64,000 nt of DNA from the human T2T-CHM13v2.0 reference genome, Homo sapiens: the NCBI RefSeq assembly GCF_009914755.1, contig NC_060925.1. One strand, written 5' to 3'. Below are positions 30,270 to 43,650 of the stretch, in pieces (the stretch's first letter is position 1; each line of letters starts with the position of its first letter). A program made the translations under genes and the position numbers. The notes below the pieces were generated by a model, which had not been told where the DNA came from, made no database searches, and was given only the letters and a program-made list of their open reading frames with translations.

Positions 30270-32000
30270 TTTTTTTTTTCCCAACTTTTAAGTTTAGGGG
30301 TACATTTGCAGGATGCGAAGGTTTGTTGCAGAGGTAAATGTGTGCCATGGTGGCTTGCTGCACAGATCATCCCATCAACTAGGTATTAAGCCCAGCATCC
30401 ATTAGCTATTCGTCTTGGTGCTTTCCCTCCTGCTGCCCCCTACTCTCCAACAGGCCCCAGTGTGTGTTTTTCCCCACCATGGGTCCATATGTTCTCATCA
30501 CTCACCTCCCACTTGTAAGTGAGAACATGTGGCATTTGGATTTCTGTTCCTGGGTTTGTTTGCTGAGGATAACAGCTTGTGGCTCCATCCATGTCCCTAC
30601 AAAGGACATGATCTTTTTTCTTTTTATGGCTGCATGGTATTCCGTGGTGTATATGTACCACATTTTCTTTATCCAGTCCATCACTGATGGGCATTTAGAT
30701 TGATTCCACGTCTTTGCTATTGTGAATAGTGCTACAATGAACATGTGCATGCATATGTCTTTATAATAGAATGATTTATACTTCTTTGGGCATATACCCA
30801 GTAATGGGAGCATTGCTGGGTCAAATGGTATTTCTGCCTCTAGGTTTTTGAAGAATCACCATATTGTCTTCCACAATAGTTGAACTTAACTTACATTTTT
30901 ACCAACAGTGTAAAAGTGCTCCTTTTTCTCTAGAACCATGCCAGCATCTGTTATTTTTTGACTTTTTAATTATAGCTGTTCTTACTGGTGTAAGATGGTA
31001 TCTCATTGTGGTTTTGATTTACATTTCTCTGATGATCAGTGATGCTGAGCTTTTTTTCATATGTATGTTGGCTGCATGTGTATCTTCTTTTGAGAAGTGT
31101 CTGTTCATATTCTTTGCCTTTTTAATGGTTTTTTTCTTGTAAATTTGTTTAAGTTCCTTGTAGATGCTAGGTATTAGACCTTTGTGAGATGGATAGATTG
31201 CAAAATTTTCTCCTGTTCTTTAGGTTGTTTGTTCATTCTGATGGATAGTTCCTTTTGCTGCACAGAAGCTCTTTAGTTTAATTAGATCCTATTTGTTAGT
31301 TTTTGCTTTTGTTGCAATTGCTTTTGGCACTTTTGTCATGAAGTCTTTGCCGGTGCCTATATCCTGAAAGGTATTGCCTAGATTTTCTTCTAAGGTTTTT
31401 ATAGTTTTGGGTTTTACATTTCATTCTTTATTTTATCTCAAGTTGATTTTTGTATATGGTGTAAGGAAGGGGTCTAGTTTCAGTTTTCTGCATATGGCTA
31501 GCCAGTTCTCCCAGTACCATTTATTAAATAGGGAGCCCTTATCCCATTGCTTGTTTTTATCAGGTTTGTTGAAGATAAGATGGTTGTAGGTGTGCAGTCT
31601 TATTTCTGGGTTTCTATTCTGTTCCATTGGTCTATGTGTCTGTTCTTGTACCAGTACCAAGCTGTTTTGGCTGCTGTAACCTTGTGGTATGGTTTGAAGT
31701 TGGGTAGCATGCTGCCTGCAACTTTGTTCTTTTTGCTTAGGATTGTCTTGGCTATTTGGGCTCTTTTTTGTCCATATGAATTTTAAAATAGTTTTTTTTC
31801 TAATTCTGTAAACAATGTCAGTGTTAGTTTAATGGGAATAGCATTCAACCTATAAATTACTTTGGGCAGTATGAATTTTCATGACATTGATTCTTCCTAT
31901 CCATGAGCATGGAATGTTCTTCCATTTGTTTGTGTCATTTCTGATTTCATTGAGCAGTGGTTTGTAGTTCACCTTGAAGAGGTCCTTCACTTCCCTTAGC
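30270..32000 (-). mobile_element. 5'-truncated L1PA10-like element
   Basis: 3'UTR GCTGCACAGATCATCCCATC...AAGCCCAGCATCCATTAGCTATT and ORF2 C-terminal peptides. No TSD visible. Confidence 0.85.
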
Positions 32001-32247
32001 TTTTTGCTTTGTAGTTTTTATTGTGTGGAAGCTGTATAGGGTCTATGGGCTATGTACTTTATTATGTTTTTGTGGTAGCAGGTATTGTTCTTTCATTTCC
32101 ATGTTTAGAATTCCATTAAGGATCTGTTGTAAAGCTCATTTGGTGGTAATGAATTTTCTTAGTGCTTGCTTGGTTGGAAAAAGATTTTATTTTTTCTTTG
32201 CATATGAAGCTTAGTTTGGTGGAATATGAAATTCTTTGTTGAAATTT

Positions 32248-32586
32248 CTTTTCTTTCTTTTTCTTTTTCTTTTTCTTTTCTTTTTTTTTTTTTTTTTTTT
32301 GAGGCAGGATCTCACTCTGTTGCCCAAGCTAGAGAGCAGTGTTGCAATTGTAGCTCACTGCACCTCAAACTTCTGTGCTTAGGCAGTCCTCCCACCTTAG
32401 CCTCCCGAGTAGCTGGGACTACAGGTGTGTGCCACCACACCTGACTAATTTTTAATTTTTAGTTTTTGGAGAGATGACGTCTTGCTATGTTTTTCATGCT
32501 GGTCTCAAACTCCTGGACTCAAGCAGTCCTTCTGCATCAGCCTCTCAAAGTGTTGGGATTATAGATGTGAGCCACTATGCCTGACC
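32248..32586 (-). mobile_element. AluJ
   Basis: Diverged antisense Alu with J-type TAGCTCACTGCA and CTCCTGGACTCAAGC. Confidence 0.88.
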
Positions 32587-32984
32587 CAGACTTTCTTCTT
32601 TTCAAGAAAGCTGAAAATAGGCCCTTATTCTCTCCTGCCTTGTAAAGTTTCTGCCGAGAGGCCTGCTCTTAGTCTCATGGGGCTCCATTTGTGCATGATC
32701 TGACACCTTTTTCTCTAGCTGCCTTTAAGATTTTTTTCTTTAGCGTTGACCTTGGACAGTCTGGTGACTATGTGCCTTGGTGATGTTTGTTTTCTATAGT
32801 ATCTTGTAGGTGTTGCCTCGATTTCTTATATCTAGATGCCTACCTCTCTTGCAAGATCAGGAAGATTTTCTTGCATTATTCCCTCAGTTATGTTTTCCAG
32901 ATTTACTTTTTCTCAAGAATGCCAGTAATTCATAGGTTTGGTTACTTTACATAGTCCCATATTTCTCAAAGACTTGTTTATTAA

Positions 32985-33270
32985 TTATTATTATTATTAT
33001 TTTTTAAATAGGGTCTCACTCTGTAACCCAAGCTGGAGTGCAGTGGCGCCATCACAGCTCACTGCACCCTTGATCTTTTGGTCTCAGGTGATCCTCCCAC
33101 CTCAGCCCCCAGAGTAGCCAGGACTACAGGCATGTGCCACCGTGGCTGGCTTATTTTTGTATTTTTCTTGGAGACAAGGTTTCACCGTATTGCTTAGTCT
33201 GGTTTCAAATTTCTGAGTTGAAGCAATCCACCTGCCTCAGCCTCCCAAGATGCTGGGATTACAGGCATGA
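32985..33270 (-). mobile_element. AluJ (Jb-like), 5' end missing
   Basis: (TTA)n tail and J diagnostics. Ends at TACAGGCATGA. Confidence 0.85.
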
Positions 33271-33349
33271 AACTGTTTTTAAAATTCCCTTTGCTTTTGT
33301 GTGACTGGGTTAGTTTAAAACACTGGTTTTGAAGTTTTGAAATTTTTTT

Positions 33350-34095
33350 TAATAACTCATTTGTTTTTAACACTGAATAGTATTCCATTGTCTGGATGTT
33401 GCAGTTCTATTTATCCATTCACCTACAGAGGGACATCTTGGTTGCTTCCAAGTTTTGGCAATTATGAATAAAGCTGCTGTAAGCATCAATGTACACATTT
33501 TTGTGTGGATGTAAGTTTTCAACTTTTTTCAGTAAATATCAAGGAATGTAATTGCTGGATCATATGGTAAGAATATATTTAGCTTTGTGAGAAGCAGCCA
33601 AACTGTCTTTTAGAGTCGCTGTGCCATGTTGCATTTACGGCAGCCATTAATGAGGATTCCTGTTGCTCCACATCCTCATCAGCATTTGGAGTTGTCAGTG
33701 TTCTGGATTTTGGCCATTCTAATAGGTATGTGGTGGTGTCTCTGTTGTCTTAATTTGCATTACCCTGATAACAGATGTTGTGGAGTGTCTTTTTATGTGT
33801 TAATTTGCTATATGCTTATCGCTTTTGGTGAGGTGTCTTTTAAGGCCTTTGGCCCATTTATTCATCAGGCTGTTTTTTTTTTTATTGTTGAGTTTTAAGA
33901 GTTCTTTATATATTTTTGAAACAGTCCTTTATCAAATGTGTCTTTTGCAAATATTTTCCTGTAATCTGTAGCTTGTCTTCTCATTTTCTTCGCATTGTAT
34001 TTTGCAGAGCAGAAGTTTTAAATTTTAAATTGAGATCCAGTTTATCAACTATTTTTTTTCATGGATTGTGCCTTTGGTGTTATATTTACAAAGTC
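33350..34095 (-). mobile_element. L1MC1-like (right half)
   Basis: Direct continuation of 19090-19572 (CTGAATAGTATTCCATTGTCTGGATG...GTTGCTCCACATCCTCATCAGCATTTGG). Confidence 0.8.
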
Positions 34096-37000
34096 ATTTT
34101 TGGCCATTACTTCTTCTGATATTGTTCTGCTTTTTTCCTCTTCTCCTTTTGGTTCTCCTATGATACATGTGTTGGTATGTTTGATGGTATCTCACAGGCC
34201 CTCATTATGTTCATTTTTCTGCCTTCTTTTTTTCCCCCTGCTCCTCAAAGTGGATCATTTCAATGGTTTTATCTTAATGTTTACTGAGTCTCTGATTTGC
34301 CTGGCCAAATCTGCCATTGAACATCTCCAGTAAACTTTCATTTGATCTAGTGTACTTTTCACTGTCAGAATGTCTATTTGGTTTCTTTTTATAATTTCTA
34401 TCCCTTTATTGACACTTGTTCTCCTGATTTTCTTTGTGTGTGTGTGTGTTTTTTCTGTCCCTGGTTTATTTTAGCTTATTAATCTTACTTAAGAAAGTTC
34501 ATTAAACATCCTTAACTAGTAATTCTAATTTTGGATCTTCCTCAGAGATTGTTTCTGTGAAATTCTTTTATCTTGAGAATGGGCCATACTTTCTTGTTTC
34601 TTTGAAAGCTTTGTAACTTTTTGTTGAAAACAACATTTTGAACACTCTATTGTGGTAAGTAGAAATGAGATTGTCCTACTCCTCAGGGATTTCTCATTTT
34701 TGGTTAGTAGGTGCTGCAGTCATCTATTTAGTGACCTCCCCAGACTATTTTTGAAAAGTCTTTATTCCTTCTTGTATATAGTCAGAGATGTTTCTTTTTC
34801 CTTATATCTGTGGTCAGACAAGGACCTCTCAGAGGTTTTCCTAAATGTCTGGATCCAAAAAAACCAACCAAAGATGTATGTGCCATCTGGAAATAGCCAC
34901 TGTTGGCAAAGCCACTGCAGCCTGAGGCAGCCAAAACAAAGGCAGGCATCTACATCTGTTCTTCAGGGAAATGCCAGAATGATCAAAATGCACAACCGCC
35001 AATTTTTGGAAGTCAGGGTCCTTACTGCTGATTTTAGCGCCAACTAGCCAGTCCAGGTATATGAGCTGATGTCCCCATTGCCAAGGTGGGGGCTGAAGGA
35101 TGGGGGATGGTAGCTGTTTTGTGCATACTGTTCTCTTACTGAGTTTCAGCAGTCTCTCCCTTCAGCAAGCACATCCCTCGTTGCTCTAATTGTCCAACAA
35201 GGTTCCAGAGTTTTGAAATAGTTGATTCTGACAATTTTTTCCTGTTTAATGGTTGTTTCAGTGGAGGTACATACCCTTGAAGCTTCCTTCTCCCTCATTT
35301 TCTGTGATGTCATTCTCTCTTATCTTTTAAAAATTTTTAAATAATAAGATGAAAATTATTTTTTAGTACACTGTATTCTTTTTGTTGTATATCTGGGTTT
35401 CCATCTTGTGTCATTTTCATTCTGTCTGAAGAACTTTAATATTTCTTACAGCAGATTTGCTGGTGATGTTGTCTTTCAACATGTGTGTATTAGTCCATTC
35501 TTCTACTGCTATAAATACCTGAGACTGGGTAATTTATTATAGAAAAGAGGTTAATTGGCTCACGGTTCTGCAGGCTGTATAAGCATGGCACTGGCATCCC
35601 TCAGCTTCTGGAGAGGGCTCAGGGAGCTTTTACTCATGCTGGAAGGGAAAGTGGGAGCAGGCACTTCACATGGCAAAAGCAGGAGCAAGAGAGAGTCAGT
35701 GGGGAGGTGCCACACACTTAAACAACTAGATCTTGTGAGTACTCACTATTTCAAGAACAGCACTAAGCCATGAGAATTCTGCCCTCAGTACCTAAACACC
35801 TCCCACCAGGCCCCACCTCCAACATTGGGGATTACATCTCAACATGAGATTTGGGTGGGGACAGATATACAAGCTATATCATTCCACCCCTGGCCCCACA
35901 AAATCTCATGTCCTTCTCATGTTGCTAAATATAATCAGGCCTTTCCAATAGTCCCCCAAAGTTTTAACTTGTTGCAACACTAAAAATCCAAAGTCTCATC
36001 TGATACAAGGCAATTGCCTTCTGTCTAGGAGCCTGTAAAATCAAACAAATTATTTACTCCCAAGATACAGTGTGGATAGAGACATTGGGTAAACATTTCC
36101 ATTCCAAAAGGGAGAAATCGGCCAAAAGAAAGGGGCTGCAGACCCCATGTTAGTTCAAAACGCATCAGGGCAGTCATTAAATCTTAAAAGTTCCAAATCA
36201 GTCTCCTCTTTGACTCCACGTCCTATATTCAGGGCACACTGCTTCAAGGGGTGGGCTCCCAATGCCTTCGGCCACTCTGCCCCTGTGGCTTTTTAGGGGG
36301 TCAGCCCCCACATCTGTTCTTCCAGGATGGAGTTGAGTGCTTGTGGCTTTTCCAGGTGTACAGTGAAAGCTGCTGGTGGATCTGCCACTCTGGAGTCTGG
36401 AGAACAGCTGCCCTTTTTCCACAGCTCCACTAGGAGTGTCCCAGTGGGGACTCTGTGTGGGGCCTCCATCCTCACATTTTCCCTCTGCACTGCTCTAGTA
36501 GAGGTTTTCTGTGAGGCCTTAATCCCTGCAGCAATCTTCTTCCTAGACACTCAGGCTTTTCTAAACATCTTTGAAATCTAGGCAGAGGCTGCCAAGCTTC
36601 CACTACTCTTGCACTCCAAGTGCCTACAGGCTTAACACTACATGGAAGCCTCCAAGGCTTACAGCTTGCACTCTCTGAAGCAGCAGCCCAAGGTATACCT
36701 GGGCCTTTTTGAGCTGAGGCTGGAGCCAGAGTGGCCGGGATACAGGAGCAATTTCCCAAGGTTGTGCAGGGCAGCAGGACCCTAGGCCTGGCCCACAAAA
36801 CCATTCAGTTCTCCTAGGCTTCAAGACCTTTGGTTGGAAGGGCTGCCATGAAGGTCTCTGAGACCTTTCTCCCATAGTATTGGGTATTAGTACTTGGCTC
36901 CTTTTTAATTTTGCAAATTTCTCTAGGAAGTGGTTGCTCCGCAGCCTGCTTAAATTCCTGCCTTGAAATTGGGCCTTTCTTTTCTACCACAAGCCCAGGC

Positions 37001-37152
37001 TGCAAATTTTCCAAACTTTTATGCTCTGCTTCCCTTTTAAATGTAAGTTCCTATGTTAGTAATTTCTTTGTTCCCACATCTGAACATAGGCTGTTAGAAG
37101 CAGCCAGGCCACATCCTGAATGCTTTGCCACTTAGAAATTTCTTCTGCCAGG

Positions 37153-37473
<321 letters not shown>

Positions 37474-37483
37474 TTAAATCATC

Positions 37484-37750
37484 TTTCTTTTTTTCTTTTT
37501 TGAGACGGAGTCTCACTCTGTCGCCCAGTGCAACCTCTGCCTCCCGGGTTCAAGCAATTCCCCTGCCTCAGCCTTCTGAGTAGCTGGAATTACAGGCATG
37601 CGCCACCATGCCCGGCTAATTTTTGTATTTTTTGTAGAGACAGAGTTTCACCATATTGGTCAGGCTGGTCTTGAACTCCTGACCTTGTGATCCGCCCACC
37701 TCAGCCTCCCAAAGTGCTGGGATTACAGGCATGAGCCACCATACCCGACC
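37484..37750 (-). mobile_element. AluS (Sg-like) with ~30-bp internal deletion
   Basis: The GTCGCCCAG|TGCAACCTC junction lacks GCTGGAGTGCAGTGG...CTCAC. Confidence 0.9.
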
Positions 37751-38492
37751 CAATTATCTTTCATTTTCAAACTTACACAGATCCCTAGGACATGAACACA
37801 ATGCAACCAAGCTCTTTGTTAAGGCATAATATGAGTTACCTTTGCTCCAGTTCCCAGTGTGTTTGTCATTTCCATCTGAGAACTCAGCAGCCTGGACTTG
37901 ATTGTCCATATCAACATCATCATTTTGGTCACAACCATTTAACTCATCTCTAAGCAGTTCCAAACTTTCCCTCATCTTCCTGTCTTCTTCTGAGCCCTCC
38001 AGACTATTCTAACCTCTGCCTGTTACCCACTTCCAAAGTTGCTTTCACATTTTCAGATATCTTTATAGCAGAGCCCCACTCCTTGGTACCAGTTTTCTAT
38101 ATTAGGCAATTCTTGTGTTGCTATAAAGAAATACCTGAGACTGGATAATTTATAAAGAGGTTTAATTGGCTTAAAGTTTTGTAGGCTGTGCAAGCATGGC
38201 GCTGGCATCTGTTCAGCTTCTGTAGAGGCCTCAGGAAGCTTTTACTAATAGTGGGACATGAAGTGGGAGCAAGCACTTCACATGGTGAAAACAGGAGCAA
38301 GAGAGAATGTGGGTGAGGTGCTACACACTTAAACAATCAGATCTTGTGAGTACTCACTACTGTAAGGACAGCACCAAGCTGTAAAGGATCTTCCCCCATG
38401 ATCCAAACACCTCCCACTAGGTCTCACCTCCAACACTGGTAATTACATTTCAATATGAGATTTGGGTGGAGACAAATATCCAAACTATATCC

Positions 38493-40020
38493 TTTTGTGT
38501 GACTCAAAGTTGTGTTGTGTTGTTTTACAAAATTTCACCTTTTGCTTTTCAAAGATCATTTAACTGGCAAGGACTTCTAGATTAGCGGCTTTTATTCTTT
38601 CAATACTTTAAAGATAGTGTGCCACTTGTTCTATCTTTTATTATTTCTGATGAATCTCTTGTCAGCCTTACCTCTTTTCTTTTGTAGATAATGTGTAATT
38701 TTTCTGACTACTTCTGTTTTTATCTTTACAACTTTAATCCATTTGAATATAATGTTCCTTTGTGTAGTTTTCTTCGTTTTTTTCTTGTACATTGAATTTA
38801 CTGAGCTGCTTTTGGTGATAGTTTTCATTAAATTTGGAACAATTTTGACCATCACTTCTTCAAATGTTTTCTTGATTTCTTCTTTTCTCATCTCTTTTGT
38901 GGGGACTTCAATTACACATGTATTTATCTACTTGAAGTTGTTCCACAATTTACTGATTATTTGCATTTTTTTAGTCTTTCTGTTGTGTTTATGCTTTCTG
39001 TTGATATGTCTTCAGGTTCATTAACATTTTCTTTTGTAATATCTGATGTGCTGTCAGTCTCTTTCAGTGTATTTTTATCTAAGACATTTTAGTTTTTACC
39101 TTTGGAAGTTTGATTTAGGCTTTTAAGAAAAGTTCCGTATCTCCTCTTACCACATTCGATCATTCCTCTGGTTCTTCAAACCCATGGAATATATCATCAT
39201 AATTGTTAGTGTCCCTGTCTCCTAATTTTATCAATTTTCTGAGTCAGTTTCGATTGATTAATTTTTCTGCTAGGTTTTTTTCATTTTGCTTCTTTGCATA
39301 CCTGATAATTTCTTTATTGGATGCCAAACATTGTGAAGTTTCCCTTGTTGAGTGTTAGATCTAATCGTGATTAGTTCTTGAGCTTTATTCTGAGATAGGT
39401 TAAATTACCTGAGACTTTCCTTTCAGTCTTGCTTTTCACCTTTGTTAGGAGGGGCAAAACCTGCATTTAGTGTAAGATTAATTTTCTGAAGCAAAATCCT
39501 TCATATGTCAGTCTAATCAGTGGCTCATAAGGTTTGAGATTTTAAAATTCTGGATCTTCAGAATAGTCCCCATTTCATGCTCTGTGTAAGATTTGGCATG
39601 TCTTCCCTCTAATCCTCTTAGGCAGTTTTTTTCCCAGCCTCTGATTGTTTCCTTACATGTATGTGCTAAGAAGTACTGAACTGTATCTTAGGAGTGACTC
39701 AGTGCAGGTGTCTGGAGTTCTCTGTCTACACAGCTTTTTATTCCGGGACTCAGCCACATGAACTTGAGCACACTTGGCTTCTTCATACTCCCAGGTTTAT
39801 CTCCTCAACACTCACCTGACTGTACAGTGACCGCACTGTCCCCTTTCTCCAGGTAGTAAGCTTGGAAAATCATAGTCATACAGATGATCTCATTTTTTTT
39901 CTTCCTCTGAATGATCACTCCTTTATTGCCCATCTTCAGTGTCTTGAGTGCCATTGTTTCATACGCTCTGTCTTGTTTTAGTGTTTTCAGGTGGTGGGAG
40001 AAATCTGTCCATGTTATTTT
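38493..40020 (-). mobile_element. Old L1M ORF1/5' region fragment (also 34100-35480)
   Basis: Minus ORF 38631-38891 is ORF1-like (KKTFEEVMVKIVPNLMK...TQRNIIFKW). Confidence 0.55.
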
Positions 40021-41353
40021 ATCTTAACTGGAAGTAGAAAATGTGATTATTAGAATGGGGTCATTTTTGGTATTTAAATAGACTATATAAAAATCTGCAG
40101 CAGCGATTTCAGGAGAGACTGGGAAATTACACAGGAACTGAGAGTCCTGGATTAGAGAACAAGATATGGTGAAATTTAAGAGGAGACAGAAATTTGATTA
40201 TTTAGAAGAATTGGAAATTGGACAATGTAGGTTTATGAATAAAAAGTAAAAACAAAATTTATTAAGGTAGAGAATTAGTTTTATCTTACATTTACCTTAA
40301 GGAAAGGCATTCTCTAGCTGTCTGCTCTTCAGCCTTTGAATCATTGTCTTAGAACATTTCATTTGATTTCTGAATGAGATTACTTATTAAGTTTTAACAT
40401 TCCAGAAATGGTGATATAAATGTAGTTGCTTATATCATCTTTCTTCCTTTAAAGCTTAAAGTTAACAGTGATAAAAGATAATGTGTATTATATTTACGTA
40501 GAAGTTAAATATATTTTATATTACTTTTTGAGCATGTCAGGGGAATTATAGTATAGTTATGTTAACTAGTAGATATATGGTGCCATCTAATGGCTAATAT
40601 GAAAATATATTTAGTAAATACTTCAGTGCTTTGCCTAGTGTGTATATATGAAATTTTACTGTGAAATTATTGTTGCTTTAGATGTCCAAGGCGTCGTTTT
40701 TATTTAAACTCTAAGATATATTTATATTTTCATTTCAATTTATACTTTTTAAAATTCAGCTATATATTGGTCTGACTTTTCATCACGTTTAAAGCCATGT
40801 ACTTGCAGTTAGCACAATTTAAAGTATATTCAATATAAAATTAGCATATAAATCAATTTTAATAAACAAGTAAAAATTACAGACCTCCTGTTTGCTATCT
40901 TTTACTTCTGGTTCCTTCAAACTGGACCCAATATGTAGTTATAAATTATGCCTTATAGAACCTCAGCTTTATTGTAAACAGAATTCATTTTCCCTCCACC
41001 TTTCATCTGTTTTTGTACATTTTACAAAATATATAAAAAATGTTAGAATATTGTATTAGATTGGTGATTTTTAAATGCTGTTCCAGATTGTTAGGGCTTC
41101 TCTAGAGCCACTCAGTCTGTGATGGAGATGGCTAAGTTTAGAAAATTAGCATATCAATGGCTCTAGAAGTCCTGCACTGAAAAACTTCTCAACTTTATTT
41201 AGCCCAATATTTCCTGAATACGTTTCATCATGGAACGCCCCCACCTTCCTTTTTAAAAATCTCACATCTTAATATCTGTTGATCTAGTGTTCCTCAGATG
41301 TCATTTTGGCAGTTGTCCTAAATTCCATTTTTAAGGATGAAGGAATATTTCAC

Positions 41354-41502
41354 ATATATATATATACGTATATATATACGTATATATATGTATATACATA
41401 TATATACGTATATATATACGTATATATATGTATATACATATATATACGTATATATATACGTATATATATGTATATATATATACGTATATATATGTATGTA
41501 TA
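41354..41502. repeat. TA-rich microsatellite with a higher-order 40-bp unit
   Basis: About three copies of TATATACGTATATATATACGTATATATATGTATATACATA. Alternating purine/pyrimidine. Confidence 0.95.
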
Positions 41503-42553
41503 TTTCTTGTTTTAATGAAATAAAGTGTGTTGCTTTTTCTTATCATATGATAATACTTGTTATTTATCAAAAATTTAGCAGTATGCCATTTACCCTGATG
41601 TGATTATTACACATTGTATGCCTGTATCAAAATAACTAATGTACTCCATAAATATATACACTTATATATATACCCATAAAAAATTTAAAAAATTAGTAAA
41701 TACAGAGTAATCATTGTTTCTTTCACATTCTTGTCATTTCCTCGTTAGAAAAAGCTTTGTCAGATTGGTATTATTACAAAGTTGGAGGTATCACTTTACC
41801 TGACTTCAAATTATACTGCAAGGTGTTAGTAACCAAAATAGCATGGTATAAAAATAGTCGCAGATTAGTAGAATAGAATAGAGAACCCAGAAATAAAGCC
41901 CCACACTTACAGCAAACTGATCTTTGATAAAGTCAACAAAATTATACACTGGGGAAAGGACACCCTATTCAGTAAGTGGCGCTAGGAAAATTGGATTGCC
42001 ATATGCAGAATGAAACTGGACTCCTAACTCTCACCACATACAAAAAATAACTCAAGATGGATTAAAGCCTTAAATGTAAGTCCTGAAGCTGCAAAAAGTG
42101 TAGAAGAAAATCTAGGAAAAACTCCTCCAGACATTGGCCTAGACCAAGAATTCATGACTGAGACCTTCAAAAGCAAATGCAACAAAAACAAAAGTAGACA
42201 AATGGGGCTATATAAACTGAAAAGCTTCTGCACAGTAAAAGAAATAATCAACACAGTGAACAGACAACCTGCAGAATGGGGGAAAATACTAGCCAACTTT
42301 GCATCTGATAAAGGTCCAATGTCCAGAATCTACAAGGAATGCAAACAACTCAACCAAAATCCCTCAAATAACCCCATTAAAAAGTGAGCAACGGAAATGC
42401 ACAGACATTTTGCAAAGGAAGACATACATATGGCCAAGAAGCATATGAAAAAATGCTCAACATCACTAATCATCAGAGAAATGCAAATTAAAACCACAAG
42501 GAGATACCGTCTTACACCAATCAGAATAGCTGTTATTAAAAAGTCAAATAACA

Positions 42554-42920
<367 letters not shown>

Positions 42921-43058
42921 TTAGTATAGGCTCAAGGGAAAATAAATCATTATATCAAAAAGATACCTGCACCTGTATGTTTATTGCAGCACTATTCACA
43001 ATGGCAAAGATATGGAATCAACCTAAGTGTCTACCAATAGATGACTGGATAAAGAAAA

Positions 43059-43232
43059 TTTTTTTTTGTTGTTGTTGTTTTTGCTTGAGACAGGGTCTTG
43101 CTCTGTCACCCAGGCTGGAGTGCAGCGGCACGATCATAGCTCACTCATCCTTGAACTCCTGGGTTCAAGTAATCCTCCTGCCTCAGCCTCCCAAGTAGCT
43201 AGGACTACAGATGCACACCACCACACCTGGCT
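43059..43232 (-). mobile_element. Alu right monomer (FRAM/AluJ)
   Basis: Single right arm with a (TTG)n tail. Confidence 0.85.
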
Positions 43233-43650
43233 AAAAAATGTGGTTTATATAACCATGGAATACTACTCAACTATAAAAAAGAATGAAATCTTGTCTTTTG
43301 CAGCAACATGGAGGGAACTGGAGGCCATTATTTTAAGTGAAATAACTAAAAAACAGAAAGTCAGATGCTGCATGTTCTCATGGGTAAGTGGGAGATAAAT
43401 AATGTGTACACATGGACATAGAAAATGTAGTAATAGACATTGGCAACTCAGTAGGATGGAAGTGTGAGAGAAGGATGAGGGATGGGAAATTACTTAATGG
43501 GTACAGTGTATACTTATTCTGGTGATGGCTACGCTAAAAACACCACTATGCAATATATCTTTGTAACAAAATGGCACTTAAACCCCCTGAATTTATAAAA
43601 AACAAATAAATAAAAGGCAAATGTAAACCATGCTTGCTTAAGAAAACTGA

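Noticed and set aside
41306-41603. Tyr/Ile-rich ORFs on both strands
   Set aside because: Translation artefact of the TA microsatellite.
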